DNA of 56,675 nucleotides from Patescibacteria group bacterium (GTDB lineage: Bacteria > Patescibacteriota > Saccharimonadia > Saccharimonadales > Saccharimonadaceae). The stretch lies in the NCBI GenBank assembly GCA_913775275.1, contig CAJYIP010000028.1:1-56675 (forward strand). Direction: 5' to 3'. A model generated the notes under the pieces. It was not told the origin of the DNA and did no database searches. It saw only the letters and a list, made by a program, of their open reading frames with translations. Numbering within the stretch: position 1 is the first letter of the stretch; every line of letters starts with the position of its first letter. The translations under genes were made by a program, and so were the position numbers. Below, one piece after another: positions 38,828-49,341 of this stretch.

Positions 38828-41455
38828 GTGGCTAAAAAACCAACTTCACGCAAATTGAGCGTTTATTCTAATTTATCGAAAAAATTAAAGGTAAAAAAAG
38901 ACGCTGAATCTCGACGACGCGCCGAGTACCTCGCGACGCTACCGAAGCATCCCGTCAAGCGATTTTTCCATCGCCTTCATCCGAAACGTGTCTGGGCCTA
39001 CTGGTTCAGCAAGCGAGGTGTCATTATGGCCCTTAAAATTGCCGGTATTACACTTCTGGTTCTGGCAATTACTGCCGGTGCATTGTTTGCCTACTTCCGC
39101 AAAGACCTCGATCAGATCCGTCCAGGTGAAATCGACAAACGTGTCCAATCAACAGTCACGAAGTACTATGACCGTAACGATCAGCTGCTGTGGGAAGATA
39201 CCGGTGGCGGCAATTATAAGTTAGTCGTAAATAGCAGTGAACTCAGCGATAACCTCAAAAAAGCGACTGTCGCTATCGAAGACCGTGACTTCTATAAACA
39301 CAGTGGTGTCAGTGTATCTGGAACGCTCCGCGCAACAATCAATAACTTTACCGGTGGATCGGTTCAAGGTGGATCAACACTTACCCAACAGCTCGTGAAG
39401 CAAGTGTTCTTTGCCGATGAAGCCGGCGAACGTGGCATTGGTGGTATCCCACGTAAAATTAAAGAGCTTATCTTATCCGTCGAGATTGAGCGCATGTACA
39501 ACAAAGATCAAATTCTTACTCTTTACTTGAACGAATCGCCATATGGTGGTCCTCGTAATGGTGCTGAATCGGCTGCACAAGCCTATTTTGGGAAGCCAGC
39601 TAAAGACCTGACTCTTGCCGAAGCATCACTCCTCGCGGCAATTCCACAGAATCCTTCAGCCTTTAACCCATACGTCGTGTCTGGTCACGAACGTTTGATC
39701 AACCGACAGCATGAAGTTCTGAACGCTATGCGTGAGATCGGCTACATCACTCAAGCTCAAGCCGATGAAGCCAAGCAAGTACCGATCATCGACACGCTTC
39801 GCAAGCCGAGTACATTGATGGAAAACATTAAAGCACCTCACTTCGTTCAGATGGTCCGTGCGCAGCTTGAAAAAGAACTCGGTGTCGCAACCGTTGGCCG
39901 TGGTGGATTGACAGTGAAAACAACACTTGACCTTCGTGTTCAAGAAAAAGCTGAGGAAGCGATGCGTGAAATGTTCGCGTCGGCCACCCCACGTATTGCT
40001 GGATTTGAAAATGGTGCCGCGACCGTCGCAGATACGAAAACAGGACAAATTATCGCCATGGTTGGTAGCCGTGACTTCCAGTACGAAGGATTTGGACAAG
40101 ATAATGCCGCTACGGCCTACATCCAACCAGGGTCATCGGTCAAATCATTCGTTTATGCTGAACTATTTGAACAAAAGCCTCAAGGCTCTCAAAACTACGG
40201 AAGCGGAACGAACCTCAGAGATGAACCGATCGATCAGATCTATGGCGCAAAGTTACAAAACGCAGACCGACGCTACATCGGTGATGCAACTATCCGTACG
40301 AGCCTCGCAACATCCCGTAACGTTCCCGCTGTTAAGGCTATGGCCATTAATGAACGGGCCAAGCAAGGCTCAACTCTTGAAAAGATCCGCGCAATGGGCG
40401 CAAAGAGCTACTGTACAGTCGGCGCAGACCGTACAGCCGGACTCGCACTTGCTATTGGTGGGTGTGGCGTCACACAGGCCGATATGGTCAACGCCTATAC
40501 GTCACTGGCACGTGGTGGTGTCTATAAACCACAGTCATCTGTCCTCGAAGTAAAAAACAGTTCCGGTGAAGTACTAAAGAAATGGTCCGATGTTGCCGGT
40601 GACCGAATCATCAGTGAACAGTCTGCATACATTGTCAGTGACATTCTCAGTGACACCAACGCAAGTAGCCCACTAGGTAACTTTGCTGCCAAAAATATTC
40701 CAGGGGTAAAAACGGCCATCAAAACAGGTACATCTGACAAGGGTGGTAATCCGAAAGACCTTTGGATGTTTGGTTACACACCAGCTTTGACTATGGGTGT
40801 ATGGCTCGGTAATCCAGATACAACGGTTCTAAAGCAGGGAACATCATCTCTCGGTAGTCCAATCATTGCCAAGGTCATGGAGTTCGCACACAAGCAAGTG
40901 TATACCCCTGAAGGCAAGTACAAGGCCAATGATTGGTATACCGCCCCAGCTGGCATCCAGCGTGAAGGGAAGGAACTCTACCCTTCATGGTGGAGCAAGA
41001 CCCAGGGTCGCGCGAATGCAAAATTAACCTTTGATAAAGTATCGAAAAAGAAAGCAACCGACTGTACACCAGCCGGAGCCCGTATCGAGCTCGATGTCAC
41101 CAAGACTAATGATCCAATAACTGGAAAAGAGTCATTCGTGAATATACCAGACGGCTATAATGCCAATGAGAGTGACGACGCACATAAATGTGGTGAAGCC
41201 GGCCCGAGCCTCGGTTCAGGCCAAATCGAGAATACCGGCGGTAACTCGTGGAGGATTACAATACAAGCAACGCAAGGAGCGTTTGCCATCGATAGTAATA
41301 GCCTAACGATGACCGTCAACGGCTCTGCTGTTTCTGTCACAAAACAAGGAAACGCATTTGTCGGTACATACAGTGGATCATCACAAAGCCCAGCAGGAAA
41401 CGTGTCAGTAACAATCACTGATACCGGCTACTATACGGCGTCTAAAACATACTGA
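38828..41455 (+). CDS. Class A penicillin-binding protein (transglycosylase/transpeptidase)
   Basis: EDRDF, GGSTLTQQ, RKIKE; SSVK, SRN, KTG motifs. Confidence 0.95.
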   Translation: MAKKPTSRKLSVYSNLSKKLKVKKDAESRRRAEYLATLPKHPVKRFFHRLHPKRVWAYWFSKRGVIMALKIAGITLLVLAITAGALFAYFRKDLDQIRPGEIDKRVQSTVTKYYDRNDQLLWEDTGGGNYKLVVNSSELSDNLKKATVAIEDRDFYKHSGVSVSGTLRATINNFTGGSVQGGSTLTQQLVKQVFFADEAGERGIGGIPRKIKELILSVEIERMYNKDQILTLYLNESPYGGPRNGAESAAQAYFGKPAKDLTLAEASLLAAIPQNPSAFNPYVVSGHERLINRQHEVLNAMREIGYITQAQADEAKQVPIIDTLRKPSTLMENIKAPHFVQMVRAQLEKELGVATVGRGGLTVKTTLDLRVQEKAEEAMREMFASATPRIAGFENGAATVADTKTGQIIAMVGSRDFQYEGFGQDNAATAYIQPGSSVKSFVYAELFEQKPQGSQNYGSGTNLRDEPIDQIYGAKLQNADRRYIGDATIRTSLATSRNVPAVKAMAINERAKQGSTLEKIRAMGAKSYCTVGADRTAGLALAIGGCGVTQADMVNAYTSLARGGVYKPQSSVLEVKNSSGEVLKKWSDVAGDRIISEQSAYIVSDILSDTNASSPLGNFAAKNIPGVKTAIKTGTSDKGGNPKDLWMFGYTPALTMGVWLGNPDTTVLKQGTSSLGSPIIAKVMEFAHKQVYTPEGKYKANDWYTAPAGIQREGKELYPSWWSKTQGRANAKLTFDKVSKKKATDCTPAGARIELDVTKTNDPITGKESFVNIPDGYNANESDDAHKCGEAGPSLGSGQIENTGGNSWRITIQATQGAFAIDSNSLTMTVNGSAVSVTKQGNAFVGTYSGSSQSPAGNVSVTITDTGYYTASKTY

Positions 41456-41466
41456 CCCTGACAGTT

Positions 41467-41500
41467 AATAAAAAATGCTCCTTTCGGAGCATTTTTTATT
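41467..41500. terminator. Bidirectional intrinsic terminator
   Basis: AATAAAAAATGCTCC-TTTC-GGAGCATTTTTTATT between convergent genes. Confidence 0.85.
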
Positions 41501-42413
41501 TATTTGCTAGTTCGACTAATCGATCTTCGTTCGTTTTTGGACGACGACGTTGCGACTTTGGCTGAGTGTTATATTGTTTTGCTTGAGCCGAGGCCTCAGC
41601 CGTCTTAGGTGCTTCTATCACCTGAGTGGCCTTCGTTTCAGGGGCTGATATTTTCTCATTCTTGAGTTGCGGCTTACGACCCTTTTCGGTCTGCTTTTTC
41701 TTTAGTTCAGCCTTTGGTGCAGTTTTACCAACAATCTTTGCAAACATCATTTTGCCAGCTGCAGTCTGAAGGCTTCGAATGAATTCAATTTCCATCTTTT
41801 TTCCAACATATTGACTGGCGTGTTCGACAACAACCATCGTTCCGTCAGCCAAATGACCGATTGCTTGATGTTGATCGTTACCTTTTTGTGTTAACTCTAA
41901 AAGTAACTTTTCACCTGGCAAATAAGCCATACGTAGGCTCATTGCAAGGTCGTTCACATTGATCACCTCAATCTTTTCGACCTGGGCGACCTTATTCAGA
42001 TTGTAGTCTATCGTACACACCGCTCCGCGATATTTTTTCGCAAGTGACAAAAGACGATTATCAACACCCTCAGGGGCCGAATCACCATCCTGATGAAGAA
42101 CAACGGTGATATTCTTGAGCGACTGAAGATGCTTCACGACATCAAGCCCATGACGAGCGCGACTTCGCTTTTCGTTATCCCCGCCATCAGCAAGAAGTTG
42201 TAATTCACCAACAACACTTCTTGGAATGTGAAGTGGTCGTGACAAAAAACCTGACTGAGCGACCGAAATAATCCGGCCATCAATTAATACTGAGGTATCA
42301 ACGAAAATAGGGCGTTGTTTGTTTGTCCAACCTTTTTTGTTTTTAATTGTTATGAGTAATTGTGACAATGTTATCGCGAAAATTGTCAGTAAAAGTATGA
42401 TGGATGGTTCCAT
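41496..42413 (-). CDS. PIN/TRAM domain protein (YacL-like)
   Basis: VDTSVLIDGRI, DYNLNKVA, DGTMVVVE, LQTAAGKMMFA; follows radA. Confidence 0.9.
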   Translation of the reverse strand: MEPSIILLLTIFAITLSQLLITIKNKKGWTNKQRPIFVDTSVLIDGRIISVAQSGFLSRPLHIPRSVVGELQLLADGGDNEKRSRARHGLDVVKHLQSLKNITVVLHQDGDSAPEGVDNRLLSLAKKYRGAVCTIDYNLNKVAQVEKIEVINVNDLAMSLRMAYLPGEKLLLELTQKGNDQHQAIGHLADGTMVVVEHASQYVGKKMEIEFIRSLQTAAGKMMFAKIVGKTAPKAELKKKQTEKGRKPQLKNEKISAPETKATQVIEAPKTAEASAQAKQYNTQPKSQRRRPKTNEDRLVELANK

Positions 42414-42421
42414 GGTATTCC

Positions 42422-43768
42422 TTATTGTAAATAGTCGATGAGTGCAGTGCGCAGTTCTCGAACACTCGTCATAAATGTTTTATTTGTTGATGATGGACCG
42501 ATAGCCCGTTTGAAGCCGAGCTTTTTGGCTTCAGCAATACGCTTGTCAACACCAGGGACGGATCGAACCTCTCCTCCCAGCCCTACTTCTCCAAAAACGA
42601 CCGTATCGTCATCGAGTCGTTTGCCGGCCGCAGCGCTCGCCACAGCCATACATACCGCCAAGTCGGCTGCTTGGTCGTTAAGCTTTAGTCCGCCGACAAC
42701 GTTGATATAGATGTCTTTATCTGATAAGTTTAATTTCGTTCGTCGTTCAATGACGGCAATCAAGACATTTAATCGGTTGAGGTCAAATCCGCTAGCGGTA
42801 CGCTTAGGATACCCGAATGCCGTCGGATTGACAAGTGCCTGTATCTCAACCAATAGAGGTCGCGTTCCCTCCATCGTTGCCAGAACGACCGATCCATCAG
42901 CCGGATGGCGTTCCGACAGCAAGGCAGCTGACGGATTTTCGACTGGACGTAATCCTTCTTCGAACATTTCAAAAATAGCCGCTTCGTTCGTCGAGCCGAA
43001 CCGGTTTTTAATTGCTCGTACGATCTTGAATCCACCGTAGCGGTCACCTTCAAACTGCAAAACGACATCGACTAAGTGCTCAAGGACTTTTGGACCCGCA
43101 ATGCTTCCTTCTTTCGTCACGTGACCGACGAGGACAATTGCCGTACCCGATTCCTTCGCTGCTCGTATCAGGACGTTGCTGCTATTTGTAATCTGACTGA
43201 CCGTTCCTGGCGCGCTGGTAATTTCGTCGAGTGCAAGCGTTTGAATCGAGTCGATAATAACCGCTTTATATTGCCCGCTTCTAATGGTCGCGGCAATGTT
43301 ATTGGCATTCGTACTAGCAGCAAAATCTAGCGTCTCGGACTTTTGCGCGCCTAGCCGTTCTGCGCGTAGCTTCACTTGACTCGCCGACTCCTCGCCACTG
43401 ACATACAGTATTGCTTCGTGTTTTGCCAAATGTGCCGTCACCTGCAGTAGCAGTGTACTTTTGCCGATACCTGGCTGGCCAGCAAGTAACACGACAGCGC
43501 CCGAGAGAATACCGCCACCAAGTACTGTGTCGAGATCGGTCACGCCTGTTTTTAAACGCGACGCCGTGGACTCTGCAGCGACATCTTTGATCGACTGAAC
43601 GACGAGAGGAGTACCGGTACTTGATGCTTTGGCAACCGATGACTGGCCAGTATCACGGACTTGTTCAACCAACGTGTTCCATTCACCGCAGTTATCGCAA
43701 CGTCCCGACCACTTCGAATGAGTGGTTCCGCAGTGCTGACAAACGTATTGAGTCTTTAGTTTTGCCAT
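42422..43768 (-). CDS. radA: DNA repair protein RadA/Sms
   Basis: C4 zinc finger, GQPGIGKSTL, KNRFG, Lon-like C-terminus. Confidence 0.97.
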   Translation of the reverse strand: MAKLKTQYVCQHCGTTHSKWSGRCDNCGEWNTLVEQVRDTGQSSVAKASSTGTPLVVQSIKDVAAESTASRLKTGVTDLDTVLGGGILSGAVVLLAGQPGIGKSTLLLQVTAHLAKHEAILYVSGEESASQVKLRAERLGAQKSETLDFAASTNANNIAATIRSGQYKAVIIDSIQTLALDEITSAPGTVSQITNSSNVLIRAAKESGTAIVLVGHVTKEGSIAGPKVLEHLVDVVLQFEGDRYGGFKIVRAIKNRFGSTNEAAIFEMFEEGLRPVENPSAALLSERHPADGSVVLATMEGTRPLLVEIQALVNPTAFGYPKRTASGFDLNRLNVLIAVIERRTKLNLSDKDIYINVVGGLKLNDQAADLAVCMAVASAAAGKRLDDDTVVFGEVGLGGEVRSVPGVDKRIAEAKKLGFKRAIGPSSTNKTFMTSVRELRTALIDYLQ

Positions 43769-43776
43769 GTCTTCTC

Positions 43777-44784
43777 CTATAAGGTCGGTGCTTGCTCAAG
43801 GCTTTTGATACTATCAATGCTTTTATTGAGACCTTCTAATTCAGCACCAAGTGCTTCATATTTCAACTGTTTTTGAGAGTAGAGATCAATTTTTGCATTA
43901 ATTGATTGCCTTTCAGACTCAATCGCATTCGATCGAGCGATCAAGCGCGATCGTTCAGCTGAGAACGCAGATTGGCTCGAAAAGCCTCCGTTGTTTGCTC
44001 GTTGATTGAAAGTGTCAATATCACGAGAAAGTTCGGTGGAACGTTGCATATATACAGCGCTATCGTTAGCAATCTCTTGATTCAAGTTAGTCAGTTCTTT
44101 AAATAATTCGTCCGATTGGTTAATAATACTGTCATATACACTGCTGTATTTGTCGTGTAATGCGACGACGGACGAACGATCGGTGAAGTATTGTTTGTAG
44201 TACGTCTCTAGTTCCGGGCTCAAGTCCTTTACCTCGGTCGCGAGAATTGAATGAAGTTCGTTGACAAGCTCACCGGGCTCGTTCCGCTCGTAATACGACA
44301 TGCGCTCTTTGAAGGCAGGTGAAACACCTCGTTCATAGACATCAGTTAGAAGAGACGTTAACCTATCACGTTCAGCCTGACTATGTCGTTGCCAAACGGC
44401 ATGAAGCATCTCATGAGCCGCCGTCACCTCTTCGATCCCATCGAGCCGTGGATCTGACACGCTAAATACATAGATCCTGTCATTGGTATAACAACCGAGT
44501 ATTGGGCTGCTTGTTTCTTTTCGTGGACAATCTTTGTTGAACGTTTCGGCATTAGCAATTTCAGGCTTGGTTGCATAGAAGATAAATCGAGACTTCTCGG
44601 TCATCTTTGAGCGATCAGCTACAGACACGATGTCGGCTCCAGGTTGGTACGACCAAACCGATGCTGTGTCGACGACATACTGACGATTGATAAAAAGCCA
44701 CCCGGCTGCTGCGATTATCGCGACACTAAAGATAACGGCCGCAATACGACCGAAGATACCTCGGCTAGGATTCGTGCTGGACAT
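43777..44784 (-). CDS. Membrane-anchored zincin-like protein with C-terminal coiled coil
   Basis: N-terminal TM, AAHEMLH, NELHS, heptad-rich tail. Confidence 0.75.
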   Translation of the reverse strand: MSSTNPSRGIFGRIAAVIFSVAIIAAAGWLFINRQYVVDTASVWSYQPGADIVSVADRSKMTEKSRFIFYATKPEIANAETFNKDCPRKETSSPILGCYTNDRIYVFSVSDPRLDGIEEVTAAHEMLHAVWQRHSQAERDRLTSLLTDVYERGVSPAFKERMSYYERNEPGELVNELHSILATEVKDLSPELETYYKQYFTDRSSVVALHDKYSSVYDSIINQSDELFKELTNLNQEIANDSAVYMQRSTELSRDIDTFNQRANNGGFSSQSAFSAERSRLIARSNAIESERQSINAKIDLYSQKQLKYEALGAELEGLNKSIDSIKSLEQAPTL

Positions 44785-47239
44785 CCAAAACTACCTTACC
44801 CTTTTGAGCCTTTGCGACAAGCACTGTACCTTTTTCATACTCTCCCGATAATAGACCATCAGCGATATCATGTTCAAGCATTTCTTGCATGGCACGTCGT
44901 AATGGTCGGGCGCCGAATTTTTCGTCATGACCTTCATGGATAATCAAACGCTTCGCAGATGACTGAACGACCAGGTGCACTCCCTGTCGATTAAGGCGAT
45001 CTTGAAGCTCTGACAATAACGTATCAAAAATCTTGCTCACTTCCTTCTTTGTTAATGCACGGAACGTCACGATTGAGTCAAAACGGTTAATGAGCTCTGG
45101 ACGCATGATCCGTCCGAGTGCTTCTTCGGCTTTTTGGGCGTTTTGAATATGCACTTCGTCGAGGCGCTTTGCACCTTCTCGTGATTTGGCGCTAAAGCCA
45201 AGCGTTGATTCTTTCATCATAGACTCTGAACCTAAATTACTGGTTAGAATGATGATAGCGTTGGAAAAATCAACCGCACGACCTTTCGCATCAGTGACCG
45301 TTCCATCTTCTAATAATTGCAGAAGGATATTAAATACTTCTGAATTCGCTTTCTCGATTTCATCGAATAAAACGACGCTATACGGTTGACGTCGAATTTT
45401 ATCCGTCAATTGACCACCGTCTTCATAGCCGACATATCCAGCTGGTGCTCCCAGTAAACGACTGGTATTATGGCGTTCACTAAACTCGCTCATATCAATC
45501 TTGATAAGCGCGTCTTCGCTTCCAAATACTTCTCGAGCGAGAACTTTTGCCAGCTGAGTTTTACCGACACCAGTCGGGCCCATGAATACGAACGATCCGA
45601 TAGGTCGCTTCGTGCTTGCTACGCCACTTCGGCTACGACGAATCGCACGGGCCACCTTCTCAACCGCCTCATCTTGTCCGATAATAAATTTTCCGAGATG
45701 TTTCTCGAGTGTGCGTAGCAACTTCGCTTCTGACTTTTGAACTCGCGCCACTGGAATACCAGTCATCAAAGAAATCGCATGTGCAATATCATCATCTGTG
45801 AGACTAATCGGTGTTTTCTTTTCGTATTCTTCGCGTGCTTCCTCAAGTTTCTGATTCAGCTGGCTGATTCTTGTCTTGTACAGTGCTGCGCGTTCGTAGT
45901 CTTCAGCAACGACCGCTTCTTCCATCTTGTCGTTCAGGTTTTTCAACTGCTTCATGTAATCACGTAATTTACTAGGCTTGTGGCCAGATTTGACTCGAAT
46001 GCGAGCTGCCGCTTCATCAATAACATCAATTGCTTTGTCGGGCATAAAACGCTCGCTAATGTAGCGATCAGCCATGTATACAGCATCTTCGATCACTTCA
46101 TCGGTAATCGCCACACCATGGTGTTTTTCGTAATACGGCTTGAGACCCTTGAGGATCGCGACCGTGTCTTTCAATTTCGGCTCCGGCACAACGATAGTCT
46201 GGAGACGGCGTTCCAGTGCCGTATCTTTCTCAATATGCTTGCGGTATTCTTCGAGCGTCGTTGCACCGATCAAACGGATCTCACCTCGTGCTAACGCAGG
46301 TTTTAATATGTTAGCCGCATCGAGCGCACCCTCGGCGGCACCGGCACCAACCAACAAGTGAAGTTCATCGATAAAAACAACGACATTTTTCTGTTCTTGC
46401 AATTCGGAAATGACCTTTTTGAGCCGTTCTTCGAACTCGCCTCGATATTTTGTTCCCGCAATCATACCTGCAAGGTCAAGTTGAATAATTTTCTTGTCGA
46501 GCAAATGCTCAGGAACATTCTCGCTTGCGATCCTTTGAGCTAATCCTTCAACAATAGCTGTTTTTCCGACGCCGGGCTCTCCGATGAGTACTGGATTGTT
46601 TTTCGTACGACGGCTAAGGATAGTGACGAGGCGCTCTTCCTGCTCACCACGGCCAATAACAGGGTCAAGCTGACCCGCTTTTGCGCGTGCCGTTAAATCG
46701 GTTCCGAACGTCCCGAGAGCACCCTTACGAACCGGCTGTTTCTTCGGCTTCACCTCTTCGTCGGTCGACGTGTATCGATCACCGTTCCGATCAAGGTATT
46801 CCTCCAATTCAGATACGATTTCTGGAATGTTCGCATCCATGTCACGTAGCAACACAGTTGCACGAGCGTTTTTCTGACTCAAAATACTATAAAGAATATG
46901 TTCCGTTCCAAGGAAGTCTTGGTTGAATTCTTGGGCGATATCCCAGCTCATTTTCAATGTCAGCTTGGCTGTTTCACTCAAACTTTTGGTTGTAATACCA
47001 CCGACGATTGCCGAAACCGGTGCTGCATCCAACGCTGTTTGAGCACGATCAAGTGTGATACCTGCGTCAGCTAATATTTTTGCCCCCACTGACGCGCCCT
47101 GCGCCATCACACCGAGCAAAAGGTGCTCGGTACCTATATAGTGACTACCGTAGCCTTGAGCGATTAATGTTGCATGGTGCAAGCTGGTCCGAGCGTTCTC
47201 GGTAAGATGTGAAATAAATTCAGTGAAATCATCGGACAT
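44765..47239 (-). CDS. clpC: ATP-dependent Clp protease ATPase ClpC
   Basis: Clp N repeats (GTEHLL), GEPGVGKT and [11 protein letters not shown] modules, UVR M-domain (EDYERAA); start could be 47254. Confidence 0.95.
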   Translation of the reverse strand: MSDDFTEFISHLTENARTSLHHATLIAQGYGSHYIGTEHLLLGVMAQGASVGAKILADAGITLDRAQTALDAAPVSAIVGGITTKSLSETAKLTLKMSWDIAQEFNQDFLGTEHILYSILSQKNARATVLLRDMDANIPEIVSELEEYLDRNGDRYTSTDEEVKPKKQPVRKGALGTFGTDLTARAKAGQLDPVIGRGEQEERLVTILSRRTKNNPVLIGEPGVGKTAIVEGLAQRIASENVPEHLLDKKIIQLDLAGMIAGTKYRGEFEERLKKVISELQEQKNVVVFIDELHLLVGAGAAEGALDAANILKPALARGEIRLIGATTLEEYRKHIEKDTALERRLQTIVVPEPKLKDTVAILKGLKPYYEKHHGVAITDEVIEDAVYMADRYISERFMPDKAIDVIDEAAARIRVKSGHKPSKLRDYMKQLKNLNDKMEEAVVAEDYERAALYKTRISQLNQKLEEAREEYEKKTPISLTDDDIAHAISLMTGIPVARVQKSEAKLLRTLEKHLGKFIIGQDEAVEKVARAIRRSRSGVASTKRPIGSFVFMGPTGVGKTQLAKVLAREVFGSEDALIKIDMSEFSERHNTSRLLGAPAGYVGYEDGGQLTDKIRRQPYSVVLFDEIEKANSEVFNILLQLLEDGTVTDAKGRAVDFSNAIIILTSNLGSESMMKESTLGFSAKSREGAKRLDEVHIQNAQKAEEALGRIMRPELINRFDSIVTFRALTKKEVSKIFDTLLSELQDRLNRQGVHLVVQSSAKRLIIHEGHDEKFGARPLRRAMQEMLEHDIADGLLSGEYEKGTVLVAKAQKGKVVLDVQHES

Positions 47240-47305
47240 ATAACTATTATCCATCCTCCTGTTAGTCAAGTGCAAGCACTTTATGCGCATTACTTACTAA
47301 AGTAA

Positions 47306-47344
47306 TTATAATAAAAATTAGCACTCGGGTCAAGCGAGTGCTAA
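47306..47344 (-). promoter_or_regulatory. CIRCE (HrcA operator) overlapping the clpC operon promoter
   Basis: TTAGCACTC-N9-GAGTGCTAA at 47318-47344; minus strand TTGACC-17 nt-TATAAT. Confidence 0.92.
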
Positions 47345-47361
47345 TTCTTTACTATGACATG

Positions 47362-48483
47362 TTATTTGTCAGTATTTTCTTCTAACGCGTCAAGCAAGCT
47401 ATCTTCAATATTCTTGCGTGGACCTTTGTCGGCTGCCTGAGCGACCGCCTGTTCGATATCAAGTTCATAGCCAGTTAAACGGCTTGCGAGACGAACATTT
47501 TGTCCGCCGCGACCGATAGCAATTGACTGCTGGTCTTCGTTGACGTAGACAGTTGCACGCTTGTCGGCTTCTTTGATTTCAACTTTTTGCACCTCAGCTG
47601 GACTAAGGGCGTTTTTAATAAATTGTTCGAGGTTTTCGTCATATGTGACGATGTCGATTTTTTCCTGATCACCAACTTCATTCATGACCGCCTGGACGCG
47701 GGTTCCGTGACCACCAACGAAGGTACCTACCGGATCAACACCCGGGACGGTGCTTGCAACAGCTAATTTCGTACGACGGCCAGCTTCGCGGGCAATTGCT
47801 TTGATCTCGACTGCACCAGTTTCAAGCTCAGGAACTTCTTGGCTAAAGAGATATTCGATGAATGACTCACTTCCGCGACTAAGGATAAGCTGCGGGCCAC
47901 GGTTTTCACGTTCGATGTCTTTGATCAGTACTTTGATGCGGCTACCGACGCTGTAGAATTCACCCTGGATTTGTTCGCTCTGAGGAATGATTCCACTTGC
48001 CTTACCGACTTCGACACGAACGACACGAGGTTCGACACGTTGCACGGTGCCGTTGACAACTGTGCCGATTTTATCTTCGTATTCACCGAGAACAACTTCG
48101 CGCTCTGCTTCACGGAGGCGTTGCAAGACGACTTGTTTTGCGGTTTGCGCTGCAACACGACCAAAGCTAGAAACTTCGTATGAATCTTCGATGATATCAC
48201 CAAGCTCGGCGTCCGCCTTTTCTTTACGTGCGTCTTCCAGGCTAATTTCGTGTGCGTCGCTTCCGACGACTTCTACAACTTCACGGCCAACGAAGACTTT
48301 TGCAGTACCGTCTTTGACATTTAGTTCACTGCGGACCTCTTGATCGCGCTCACCGTTGTCACGGCGCCATGCAGCAGCAATTGCTTGTTCGATGACAGAC
48401 ATGACAACATCTTCCGGCAAGTTCTTTTCGTCGGCAATTGTACGGACAGCTAACGTGAGCTGCTTTAAGTTTAATTCATCCAT
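47362..48483 (-). CDS. nusA: Transcription termination factor NusA
   Basis: FGRVAAQTAKQV, S1 and KH domains, AIGRGGQNVRLASRLTG. Confidence 0.97.
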   Translation of the reverse strand: MDELNLKQLTLAVRTIADEKNLPEDVVMSVIEQAIAAAWRRDNGERDQEVRSELNVKDGTAKVFVGREVVEVVGSDAHEISLEDARKEKADAELGDIIEDSYEVSSFGRVAAQTAKQVVLQRLREAEREVVLGEYEDKIGTVVNGTVQRVEPRVVRVEVGKASGIIPQSEQIQGEFYSVGSRIKVLIKDIERENRGPQLILSRGSESFIEYLFSQEVPELETGAVEIKAIAREAGRRTKLAVASTVPGVDPVGTFVGGHGTRVQAVMNEVGDQEKIDIVTYDENLEQFIKNALSPAEVQKVEIKEADKRATVYVNEDQQSIAIGRGGQNVRLASRLTGYELDIEQAVAQAADKGPRKNIEDSLLDALEENTDK

Positions 48484-48560
48484 AATATTTCAATCCTTTC
48501 TGATTAAAAAATCCGACCTGCCGGCCGGAATGTACTGTTTTAAGTATACCTACGTATGGT

Positions 48561-49229
48561 CTATTGCACAAGTGGAAAATCAGGGCAGCGACCAAGCACC
48601 GTCTTCATCGCATCTTTCTCGGGCTGCGTGACCCAAAGCGAATACTTCTTTTTGATTGCAATCTGTCGCGATACGTACTCACAGCGAAATGATTGAGCAG
48701 GTGGCAACCACGACGCCGCATCACTGTCGCTTTTTTCTTGATTCGCCGCACCATCAACCGCTAAAAGCTCGAGTGGATCATTGGCTAGTTGTTCACGCTG
48801 TTCTTTCGTTAGAAGCTGTGCACCTTTTTGCCACGCATCAGACAACGCGACGACATGGTCGATCTGCACTTTGTCACTCGCACTTCTTGAAAAAGAAATG
48901 AGCTGACCTGTATACGGATCTTGAAGCATGCCCGATTGCACCTTACAGTCATCCGACAGAACAATATCTTTCATATCCCTGTTGAGAATTATTTGACGGG
49001 TATCGCAGCCGCGCATTACCTTCCATCCGTCACCAAACTCGGAGCGAGCATAACCAGTTTTTGGGGCTCTTCCTTTTACTGGTAGTTCCTCAAGCATCAA
49101 AGCAGCAACTCCCGTCGGCGCTGTCGACTCTGAAACAGTCGTGAATTGATCGGCTGGAATGTTCGTGAGCAATAAATAAGCAACCGAAAGAACGGCAACT
49201 ATGACAACTGGTATTCGGCGGCGGGTCAT
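48561..49229 (-). CDS. Secreted/membrane-anchored HNH endonuclease (DUF1524-like)
   Basis: N-terminal TM; GYARSEFG, DPYTG, QIDHVVAL, ANDPLELLAVDGAANQEK, WLP. Confidence 0.85.
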   Translation of the reverse strand: MTRRRIPVVIVAVLSVAYLLLTNIPADQFTTVSESTAPTGVAALMLEELPVKGRAPKTGYARSEFGDGWKVMRGCDTRQIILNRDMKDIVLSDDCKVQSGMLQDPYTGQLISFSRSASDKVQIDHVVALSDAWQKGAQLLTKEQREQLANDPLELLAVDGAANQEKSDSDAASWLPPAQSFRCEYVSRQIAIKKKYSLWVTQPEKDAMKTVLGRCPDFPLVQ

Positions 49230-49341
49230 TCTTTTCACTCTCTTTAGCCTACGCTACTCATACTATCTCCAGCAAGAACATGTCTCGTCGGGTAAAGAAT
49301 TAATTCATGACGGCGTCCATCTTCTCACGTATACTAAGAAT

